From positions 3,162,001 through 3,226,000 of the forward strand of contig NC_134035.1 of the NCBI RefSeq assembly GCF_964204645.1: a DNA stretch of 64,000 nt. Direction: 5' to 3'. The notes below the pieces were generated by a model, which searched no databases, was not told where the DNA came from, and saw only the letters and a list, made by a program, of their open reading frames with translations. Positions within the stretch are counted from its first letter, which is position 1, and the number at the start of each line of letters is the position of its first letter. The position numbers were made by a program, and so were the translations under genes. This DNA is from Tubulanus polymorphus (taxonomy: Eukaryota > Animalia > Nemertea). Shown piece by piece: positions 39,012-48,952 of this stretch.

Positions 39012-42000
39012 GGCAGGACCGTCCGGATCAACTTTTAAGGTTATAAAACTATACCTTGTTTCTACAAATCAATAAGCCGCGATTCAATTTGCAATCAGTC
39101 CATTTCTATAACTGTCGGGCCTGTGATGGTGTGAGTTTAATCACGATTCTCAAAAAATTATGTTCAGGGTCGGTCATTTATTACGTACGCATTAGGGTAG
39201 GGGGTAGGGGTCAGTGCAATAGCGTACTGCGATATTTAATGTATATGAAAAAATGGTCGATTTTGCGTACAGAGGGGGGGAGGGAGGGTTGAAAATTCGA
39301 ATTTTATGCGTACGTTATGAATCAATGATCCCACGGGATGGAATATAAAATGATACCTTTTGTCTCCTAGTCGGCCGGTTCATTTTCTAAACCGTGATTA
39401 AATCTTTAATCAGTTAATTTCTATGACTGCCGGGTCTGTTATGATTAGCTTGATCTTGATTAAAAAAAGAAAAGTAATGTGCAGGTAGATAAGCAGGACC
39501 GTCCAGGTCAACTTTTAATAATAATAATAATAATAATAATAGTAATAATAATAATAATGTCACATTTATATAGCGCTTGTTTCACTAATAATAATGTTCA
39601 CCAGCGCTTTGTATGGTAGTGGTGCTGAATTCACAGGGCATAGGCTTTGCTTTTTGAGGCTGAAAAACGATACCTCGTTGCTCCTCCAAATCGGCCAGGT
39701 CATTTTATAAGCTGCGACTAAATTTGCAATCAGTCCATTTCTATAGGCCTAACTGTCGGGTCTGTAATCGTAAGCTTGATCGTGATTTTAACAAAATTAT
39801 GTACAGGTTGGCCGGACAGGTCAACTTAACCGCTCAGCTGAAATGAGAAATAAGGTATCAATATTCTTTACCTTCCTTGGTTGAGGTGTCGGCTATTTCA
39901 GAGAAAAGCGTCGATTCGCGGTGTGATTATTTTTCAGGTGACTCGATCTCGGCCGGCGACGTTCTATGCGACGTTCAAACCGATAAAGCGGTCGTGTCGT
40001 TCGAGCTGGAAGAGGACGGAATCCTGGCGAAGATCGTACAACCGGAAAACAGTAAGGACCTGAAAATCGGAACGTTGATCGGACTGATGGTCGAAGAGGG
40101 CGACGACTGGCAAAACGTCGAGATGCCGACCGACGTCGAGCCCGACGCCGAGCAGACGGCGACCGATGCCGTGTCTAGTGATGGACCTCGTTCTGAAGCT
40201 GAGCATCAGGCTCCTGCTACTGCTCCTGCTCCTGCTCCTCGGACATCTGCTCCTAGTGCAGAAGATAGGCAGTAAGTTGTCAGAAAATTCAATATTTTCA
40301 CGGAAGAACGATAACCACACTCAAACGTGGTGAACGGATAATTAGATAAAAACCCACTATCTACAAATTAAAGAATTTAAAAACAAGAAATTTATTAATT
40401 CGAACAATCTAAAATATATAAAATACACAACATTTCGATCACACACCTGATGATGATCTCTAGGGAGAGATCAAAACATCGTGTATTTTGTATATTTTAG
40501 ATTGTTCTAAAATTTGTTGAATTCTTATAATTTGTAGATAGTGGTTTTTATCTTATCAATATTTTAATATTCTGTTCTTCTTTAGCGGATAACGACTATG
40601 ACCCAGTTGCAATTTTTGGGTTAAGTTCAAAAGACTGGACCTTAGTTATTTACATTGGTTAAAGAGCTTAAATGTACTCACACTGGTCACAGGCTGTTGG
40701 ATATGTATAGAACTAAAATCAATTTAGGTTGGTCTTAAGTTGAGAGATTGGTTATAGAACCAAAATGAGCTGAGACTGGTCTATTTGGTCATAGAACCAA
40801 AAATGAGCTTAGACTGGACTGAAGTAGAATGTTAGAATGGCTTTTATAGAAAATCTTAAATCTCGTCCTGGCCTCATAATTTCGTTCAGTGGCATGACAA
40901 AACTGCGATCTATATTTCAGCGGACATGGTATCGGTCCAGCGGTCCGTAATCTTTTAGATTTATATCACATATCTCCGAGCGAGGTGTTCGGCACCGGTC
41001 CCGGACCTCACAGTTGGATTACCAAAGGGTAAGTAGATTAACTGCATGTACGGCTACAATATCACAAACCTACGAGTCTGGCCTGACCTGGAAAACTGAG
41101 GGAGTAAGAAACATCTAGAACAAATCAGGGAAAACTCCATGGCTGAGTTTCATGGATGTGGAAGGAAAATAATGCCTGGGGACATTTTGAAATTTATCCG
41201 TTATAACCATGGTTTCTCATTGTTACTATGGTGGTTGTCACCCAGATTTAGAAGTTACCCTTAGGGTTTACTTTGATACTCAGTCTATGAAACCGGGCCC
41301 AGGAATTTGACAAATTGAAAAAAGGAACCTAGAAAACCTGGGAATTCAGATTATGCTTTTGACCATATGTATTTCTTTATCAGTACGTGATCCAATAAAA
41401 AAATGAATAAATCGTTACATTTTATACCTAGAAATTTCTCTGATTCACTCGAGGAATTTTGTGTTTTTTCACATGGAAAAGTCAGGAAAACTCAGGGAAT
41501 TTGTAAATTGGTGGTTTATGGTCATCATGCAATAGTAGTTTCTACTCATTTCAAACGAGAAACGAATGAAAAATGTTTTTCTTTCTTCGTTCGTGAAAAC
41601 AGAGACGTATTAAAATACATAAGCGAAAAGGGGCTGCAGCCAGTTTCACCGGAACAGCAACAAGTAGGCAGCGCAGTACCGCAGGCTCAGACACCACCAG
41701 CTCCCGAGCAACAACCGGCTAGAATACCGGAACGACGACCGGATCAGCAGCAGCAGCGGTTTACAGATCACGAGGTTACCTCGATGCGTCGTACGATAGC
41801 TAAACGTCTGACCGAATCTAAGGTAACTTACTTTTCGAGACGATTGTTTTTAGATTCTCACTTCGTCATCGAAACCTTGGATTAACGAACGTCCAATGAT
41901 GAGCGATCGGTATTGAGATGAGCGCAGTATAGTTCAATCACTTCGAAAGGTCTGGGGCTGGTTGCTCAAGAATTGATCGTTTTGTTTAGACGGGACTGAT

Positions 42001-44736
42001 ATCAAAGCCTGGGGCTGCAGTTGCTCAAAATTTTGTTAGAGTAAACCAGTGGATAGTTGAGAGAGTGAAAAGTTCATTATGGTATTATCTGCTGTTTATC
42101 TTTAACCAACGTTTGAGCGACTTACCCCTTGCTTATCTTGATTCGAGCTGAGTTGAACTGCACGCGAATCCAGTAAATCTCGCCTAACTCACACATAGCC
42201 GACTCTGATATCTGACTAGTTCTGACCACAACTAAATTATTTTTAGGATCCAGTTCCACAGTTCTGATTTAGATTTGAATCTAGAGTTAAAACATTGAAA
42301 ATGAACTAACTTGAACTCTGAGTTAACTCTAACTCACAACTGTGGAACCGGGCCCTTAATTCCCTATCGTTTAACTCAGACTTCTCTTACCTCGGACTGA
42401 TTTTACCGGTCCCAGTTTGTCCGAGTCAGGTGAGGTTTAGGCCTACTGTATAATCACTGAATTCACAATGAAAACTGTTCTCTTTCAATATTCGAAGTAA
42501 CTTTTCATCTTTTACCTACAGACGACGATTCCACATTCGAATTCGACGATCGACTGTAAAATGGACGCCGTCATCGAATTACGCAACCAATTCAAAGCCA
42601 AAGGAACGAAAGTGTCGGTGAACGATTTCATCATCAAAGCCGCGGCCGTCGCGTTAAAGGTAAATTCAATGGATTTGAAGAATGTGATGAGGGAGGACAT
42701 TCCAAAGTTTTCATACGTAATGAAAATGATAATTTTGTGTAAATGGCTTAAATAGGCCCTCAGAAGAATTTCCTTCGATTCGGAATGGAAATTATTTGAC
42801 CTTACTCGAGTCATTCAAACTCTTTCCATTTTAATAATATGTGTTATAGGCCTCAATTTCATTACCGGAAGTGTTTATCAGTTTTCACGACCTGTCAATT
42901 ACAATCCAATGAAAGTCTGTCGCTTCAAATATTCGTTAAGGCATTTTCTCGAAGATTATGCGCTCACTTACCTTTTCCAAGATATGCCGATAACAACAAT
43001 GTGTAAAGATTATTTTCAAATAGCGATTGGGAAAATGTTAAACTTTTAGGTTAGACTTGATCATTCTCTTTGGACACCTCTTTGCTCTGGTTTTGTAGAC
43101 GTATCCGGAAGTGAACGCCATCTGGAACGTCGACGGCCCTCGATTGTTGAACGACGTTGATGTCTGCGTCGCCGTAGCGACCGATAGCGGTTTAATAACG
43201 CCGATCGTGAAAAACGCCGACAAACTCGGAATCAGCGCTATATCGGAATCAGTAAAGGTAGGATTGATTGGTAGTACCGGGGCTGGTTCCATAGTCATGG
43301 CTTATATTTAGGTTTAAGTCTAAGCTCATTTTAGCTCTTATAGCTCTAATAGCCAATGTAACAACTAAAGACCAATCTAAGAACATCTTTAAGGTGATTT
43401 AATCGTATTATGATTACAGGATTTGGCCACTCGAGCGCGCGACGGAAAACTTCAGCCTCACGAATTCCAAGGCGGATCTTTTACGTGAGTTGATTATTGC
43501 AAATCTTACATCGAAGTATTGCGGTCATTCAGGACTGATCTTGAAATTGATTTGGTTTACAAAAAATCAGAATAGATATGTTAGAAAAAATATGATGCTG
43601 TAGGACCCTGTATATCCAGGAATGACTGATCTGTAAGGACCCTGTATATCCAGGAATGACTGATCTGTAAGGACCCTGTATATCCAGGAATGACTGATCT
43701 GTAGGGACCCTGTATATCCAGGAATGACTGATCTGTAGGGACCCTGTATATCCAGGAATGACTGATCTGTAAGGACCCTGTATATCCAGGAATGACTGAT
43801 CTGTAGGGATCCTGTATATCCAGGAATGACTGCTCTGTAGGGATCCTGTATATCCAGGAATGACTGATCTGTAGGGATCCTGTATATCCAGGAATGACTG
43901 ATCTGTAGGGATCCTGTATATTCAGGAATGACTGCTCTGTAGGGACCCTGTATATCCAGGAATGACTGCTCTGTAGGGATCCTGTATATCCAGGAATGAC
44001 TGATCTGTAGGGATCCTGTATATCCAGGAATGACTGATCTGTAGGGATCCTGTATATCCAGGAATGACTGCTCTGTAGGGACCCTGTATATCCAGGAATG
44101 ACTGATCTGTAAGGACCCTGTATATCCAGGAATGACTGATCTGTAGGGACCCTGTATATCCAGGAATGACTGCTCTGTAGGGACCCTGTATATCCAGGAA
44201 TGACTGATCTGTAGGGATCCTGTATATCCAGGAATGACTGATCTGTAGGGATCCTGTATATCCAGGAATGACTGATCTGTAGGGACCCTGTATATCCAGG
44301 AATGACTGCTCTGTAGGGACCCTGTATATCCAGGAATGACTGCTCTGTAGGGACCCTGTATATCCAGGAATGACTGATCTGTAGGGACCCTGTATATCCA
44401 GGAATGACTGATCTGTTGCGACCCTGTCTCAGAAAATTTGTTCTATTTTACAGAATATCGAATCTAGGAATGTTCGGTATAACGCAATTCTCCGCCGTCA
44501 TAAACCCGCCTCAGGCGTGTATACTAGCGATCGGAGCTTCGCGATTCCGATTGGATTCCGACTCGGAACGGCACACGACGATGTCGGTGACGCTGTCGTC
44601 GGACGTGCGCGTCGTCGATGACGCGACGGCCGCTCGGTTCCTAGCCGCGTTCCGCACAGCGTTGGAGGATCCGTTGTTGATGCTCGTCGAGAGGATACCG
44701 CGCGGAAATTCGGACGATCAGATGTCTGCGTTTTAG
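37825..44736 (+). CDS. PDHX: Pyruvate dehydrogenase protein X component (E3-binding protein), mitochondrial
   Basis: Exons 37825-37960 (Arg-rich transit peptide), 38525-38608 ([21 protein letters not shown]), 39938-40271 (single lipoyl domain, VQTDKA), 40921-41028 (PAVRNLL..GTGP subunit-binding domain), 41603-41822, 42522-42659, 43099-43257, 43420-43484, 44454-44736. The motif reads DVRVVDD rather than the DLAT catalytic DHRVVDG, as expected for PDHX. Confidence 0.92.
38071..38445. mobile_element. MITE with ~55-bp terminal inverted repeats inside a second short inverted repeat
   Basis: CAATTGGTGTATAGGCTGAACAGGATAGGCCTACCCAAACCCTCCTG (38143-) and its reverse complement (-38419). Outer pair AACAACTAGGACCTTTTT / AAAAAGGTCTTAGTTGTT. 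Confidence 0.7.
40343..40553. mobile_element. Palindromic Penelope-like remnant with a mutated hammerhead motif (40443-40484, +)
   Basis: Inverted arms AGATAAAAACCCACTATCTACAAATTA / TAATTTGTAGATAGTGGTTTTTATCT. Core ACAC-CTGATGA-T-GATCTCT-aggg-AGAGATC-AAAAC-ATC-GTGT. Confidence 0.7.
43599..44427. repeat. 34-bp minisatellite, ~24 copies, in the last PDHX intron
   Basis: Unit GGACCCTGTATATCCAGGAATGACTGATCTGTAG with few variant positions. Confidence 0.97.
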
Positions 44737-45173
44737 ACATTTTATAGCGCGGATCTAATACGATGTGGTACCGACGTGAACCACCAGATGGGGTGACTGA
44801 CGGTCAGTCAGTAGTGTAGCGAGTTTGTTTTCGAACGACTTTGAACTGGAATATCAAACGAACTCGAAAATGGGTATCAAATTGACTTCAATAAAAGCGA
44901 GATTTTGACTTTTCTGCTCGGCTGTTTCGGATTTACACCGAAACAGAATTGATTTGATTGCAGAGAAAAGTTCGTTCATCGATTTTAATCATTTTAATCA
45001 AAATGTAGATGAAAAGATGTGTAAGAGACCGAGTTAATACTCTAGCCAAACCTGGTGGATCATTGAGGGGTCCTCACTTGCCATAGAAACCCGTGTGCCA
45101 GTACCCCATTGCTTGTTGTTGTATGTACGATATATTTTTTGGAAAAATTGTGCTTTTTGTGCTAAAAATTATG

Positions 45174-45862
45174 GCTCAGTTGCTCAGTCATGACTAAGGT
45201 AAGTCCAATGATTTTAACTTGTTCGATTAGCTATAGAACCAAGATATCTTGGACTGGTCTTAACTTGTTAGATAAGCAGAACTAAGATTCTCTTGGACTG
45301 ATCTTAACTTGTTAGATAAGCTATAGAACTAAGATTCTCTTGGACTGATCTTAACTTGTTAGATAAGCTATAGAACTAAGATTCTTTTGGACTGGTCTTA
45401 ACATGTTAGATAAGCAGAACTAAGATTCTCTTGGACTGATCTTAACTTGTTAGATTAGCTATAGAACTAAGATTCTTTTGGACTGGTCTGAACTTGTTAG
45501 ATTAGCTTCCGGGTATAGATTAGATAGATAAGCTATATAATTAAGATGCTCTTAGACTGATCTTAACTTGTTAGATTAGCTATAGAACTAAGATTCTCTT
45601 GGACTGATCTTAACTTGTTAGATTAGTTATAGAACTAAGATTCTTTTGGACTGGTCTGAACTTGTTAGATTAGCTTCCGGGTATAGATTAGATAGATAAG
45701 CTATATAATTAAGATGCTCTTAGACTGATCTTAACTTGTTAGATTAGCTATAGAACTAAGATTCTCTTGGACTGGTCTTAACTTGTTAGATTAGCTATAG
45801 AACTAAGATTCTCTTGGACTGGTCTCTCTTAAGTAAATGTAAGTCATGACTGTGCGACTGGC
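45174..45862. repeat. Family-C MITE with an internally amplified 47-bp array, in or near the PDHX 3'UTR
   Basis: Termini GGCTCAGTTGCTCAGTCATGACT / AGTCATGACTGTGCGACTGGCC. Unit TTGGACTGATCTTAACTTGTTAGATTAGCTATAGAACTAAGATTCTC, ~12 copies. Related sequence at ~5363-5530, 18300-18640 and 40600-40830. Confidence 0.85.
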
Positions 45863-47426
45863 CGTAAGAGGATGAATGGTGCAGTCAGATGAAGTATGAA
45901 TATTGTATCGGTATTTGATGCTGTAATCTAATTTATAATTAATTAGTATAATATTCAGTCTGTAGTCACAGTGTCGAATAGCTGTTTTAGATTGATTTTG
46001 TTACGAGATATGAAATAATAAATGAATTGTTAGTTGAAACTTTAAAAAGTTTATTCTGTTACTATTTTGAGCGAGATTGCTGACAGACTGATGTAATTCT
46101 ATTTCATATGAAGGCTCACATCACACTCATTTTGATGCTACAACTTTGGCCAAGCCCCTGTTCTACATAGGTGAGTTAAATTCTATGTAAGGGTTCAAGT
46201 GGATTTCGTCAAGTGCGGCCTGGTATCCGAGTCGACCCCTAGATAACCGGTGGATAAATACCATACCAACAATGGACTTTTGATGGTCACCATTTCAACT
46301 ATCCTCTGGTTTGCTCTAACCAACTTATGAGCAACTAACTGGCCCTTCGTATTTATAGTTCATTTCCAATGATTAACTTCTCAAGTGCGCAAGGATGTGA
46401 GGCTGGGTCCTGGCTGCAGATTGTACCTGTCAACCAATATTTACTCGGAACTGGTTCCAGAGTAACACTGATATAAACGTCACATCTTTTCAATATGTGG
46501 CGCTAGTGATCCTAAGGTAAAACTGCAGTAGATTCACCTTTTGACAGTTCGGCTATTTAAGGGCGATGGCTTGATTTTTGTTGGGACATAACCATTTGAG
46601 AGACCTAAACCAGTAGCTTCGAGTCCAGGAATCATGTACCTGGAACCAGGTCCATTACAGTACTACAAAGTTGTAACCAACAAAACAGACAACCTAGAGA
46701 TTGGTAAAGCCTCGAATTGAAGAATCGAAAAATAGATATTTCATTCAAAACATCTGGTTTATTTATTACAATTAATATCAATAAAGCACTATAATTAACA
46801 TTCGAAATAGATTACCTTCGAATAATACAACATCAATGAATTTATAAGAAGTCAAATTTTAATGACAGTAATTCAAGGGAACTTGTTTACAGTATATGTA
46901 CAGTAGACACCACTCCCCCCCCACATTTTGACACAAGTTTAATCTACATTTTGATCCAACTCAGATATCGATGGTCCACCTACACCAGTACATAAATGTA
47001 TGTACGATATGATGTATAATCCAGATTTCTCAAATCAAATTAATTTCCACCGACCCAAGCAATCTCTATGTACTTCGTAGATGGCCCCTTATATCTCGCG
47101 GCACTGATAAATCCTTCTCTGATGCAAGCAAATTCCGGGGCTAGTCTTCTCGGGCAATTTACAGGGGTGGCTTTTATCCCTGTTAAATTTCCTTTAAAAC
47201 CCCTCGACTGGAGACCACTGCGGAATGAAACTGATATACAAGGGCGGATCTAGGATTCTATGAAGGGGTGGACCTAAAAATTGGAATAGGGGCACTTTAT
47301 TTGAAAAGGGGAGATTTGGCAATGCGATGGCTGCAAGAAGGTGGCCTTCCCACAGGAAAAACAGGAGCTTCTCTCCACCCGGTCCACCCCCTCCACTAAA
47401 TCCACCGATGATCTAAGAATCTGGTT

Positions 47427-48542
47427 TCAATCGAACGCCCAGTTCTCGTTCAACCGCAAAGATTCGCATACGCCGCGTAACTGTTCGTCGACGAACGAAT
47501 CATCGGCCGGTAGATTATCGACGTCGCCGAGCGGAGTCACCGGATAGAGTAGATTCGGCAACAGATCCAACGACGAACGCCGCTTGACTTGCTTCAGAAA
47601 ATTATGCGCCAAAAGTTCGGCGGCGGTCGGGCGCGATTTCGCGTCGTGCGTCGTGCACAACGCGACGAAATGGTGGAAATTATTCGAGAACGTTCGTTTA
47701 TACGGCGAGTCGTCGTCAGGTGGCGCCGCCGTCGTAGTTTCGCCCGCGGCGGTTTGATTCGCGTCGGCGATCAAATACGACAAGGTCGTCGAGTCCATCA
47801 ACTGCGGGATCGTGCCGTACATCTTCTCGAGCAGCATCTGCGTCGGTTGCATGTCGCAGAACGACTCGCGCCCGTTCGCCAGTTCGCACGCCAATATACC
47901 GATGCTGTAGATATCAGAGTTCGTCGTGTACCCGAGCATGTTCTGTTCGAGCACCTCCGGCGCCAACCAGTTCATCGCCGGCGCCGAATTACGCGGGTAT
48001 ACGTGCACCGCGCGACGCCGCGCGCCGTCCTTCATCGTGTCGACGCAATTCGTCAGTCCGGTTAGACATACGCGTCCGCCGGCCGACACTAAAACGTGGC
48101 TGGCGCGTACGTTCCGGTGGATGATTCCGCGTCGGTGGATGTACTCGAGCGCTTGTAGGACGTCGCGTATGACGTACGCGATCGCCGCCTCCGGTAGACC
48201 GTCGTTGAAGTGCGCCTGCACAAGGTCTTTGCACGAGCCGAACGCCATCAGCGGCATTACCTCCCAGATCTCGTCGCCGCTGACGAAACACGCGTAGAAT
48301 CGAAGCACGTTCGGGTGATCCAGCTGACGACTCAGAATAAACTCGTTCTCTTCTTCGGTCGTGTCGAGAAAGTCCAGTCCGGATGAATCGTCGCGTTTTT
48401 CTAAATGCAATCGCCTGATCGCGACCGATCCACCCGATGGTAGGTGTTTAGCTAAGGAAATCGTGGCCAGGCCGCTTCGGCTGCGGCCGATCACCGTTAA
48501 GAGCTTGTATTGTCGCGGATGCGGCTCATAACAAACCATCAT
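47427..48542 (-). CDS. STRADA: STE20-related kinase adapter protein (STRAD pseudokinase), single coding exon, 371 aa
   Basis: Kinase fold lacking the catalytic Asp (HRNVRASH) and DFG (LTGL), with MAFGSCKDL..HFNDGLPE, WLAPEVLEQN..GY, SDIYSIGILACELANG, QMLLEK and a C-terminal WAF (WEF-like MO25-binding motif). Probably co-orthologous to vertebrate STRADA/B. Confidence 0.93.
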   Translation of the reverse strand: MMVCYEPHPRQYKLLTVIGRSRSGLATISLAKHLPSGGSVAIRRLHLEKRDDSSGLDFLDTTEEENEFILSRQLDHPNVLRFYACFVSGDEIWEVMPLMAFGSCKDLVQAHFNDGLPEAAIAYVIRDVLQALEYIHRRGIIHRNVRASHVLVSAGGRVCLTGLTNCVDTMKDGARRRAVHVYPRNSAPAMNWLAPEVLEQNMLGYTTNSDIYSIGILACELANGRESFCDMQPTQMLLEKMYGTIPQLMDSTTLSYLIADANQTAAGETTTAAPPDDDSPYKRTFSNNFHHFVALCTTHDAKSRPTAAELLAHNFLKQVKRRSSLDLLPNLLYPVTPLGDVDNLPADDSFVDEQLRGVCESLRLNENWAFD

Positions 48543-48952
48543 TTTCGCGTTTCTCACTCGGATTGGAAATGTCAGAATTTATGGGACATACCCCGGCGCC
48601 GGCTAGTGGCGCCATCACTATTCGGTTAAAGATCAATAAAGGCGATTTTGATTTGATCGTTGATATTTTATTCCTCATATTTCGTAAATTCTAACAAACC
48701 TGGTTGAATATGTATCTTTGTATTATCTCATCTGTGTTACAGTTTGTAGGCATGTTTTTGCTTATTTAATTATTGTCAACTAAAAGATGCTTCAACAAAA
48801 GGGATTGAATTGAATTGCGCTGGTAGCGCGAGTTTTGATTCGTAGTGTGGACCCGAAAGCTTGAATTGAATTGATTAAATTTACCGGCGATTTATTTCGA
48901 TTTTCCAACCCTTTTTCTTCCTTTTCCATCGAATTAAACGGGATAGATTGCG
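48543..48952. promoter_or_regulatory. Putative bidirectional promoter STRAD/PCYOX1-like
   Basis: Divergent start codons 410 bp apart. Confidence 0.55.

Noticed and set aside
38632-39850. Four ~170-bp diverged direct repeats in PDHX intron 2 as alternative exons
   Set aside because: No conserved open frame or splice pair. A related sequence occurs at ~2810-2970, so this is a dispersed repeat.
43599-44427. CRISPR-like 34-bp periodicity
   Set aside because: Units are contiguous with no unique spacers, there are no cas genes, and the context is a eukaryotic intron.
37825-44736. DLAT (E2) assignment
   Set aside because: The catalytic His motif is absent (DVRVVDD), which fits PDHX.
47589-48297. 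Overlapping antisense and alternative-frame ORFs over STRAD
   Set aside because: Expected by-product of GC/CpG-rich codon usage, with no recognisable motifs.
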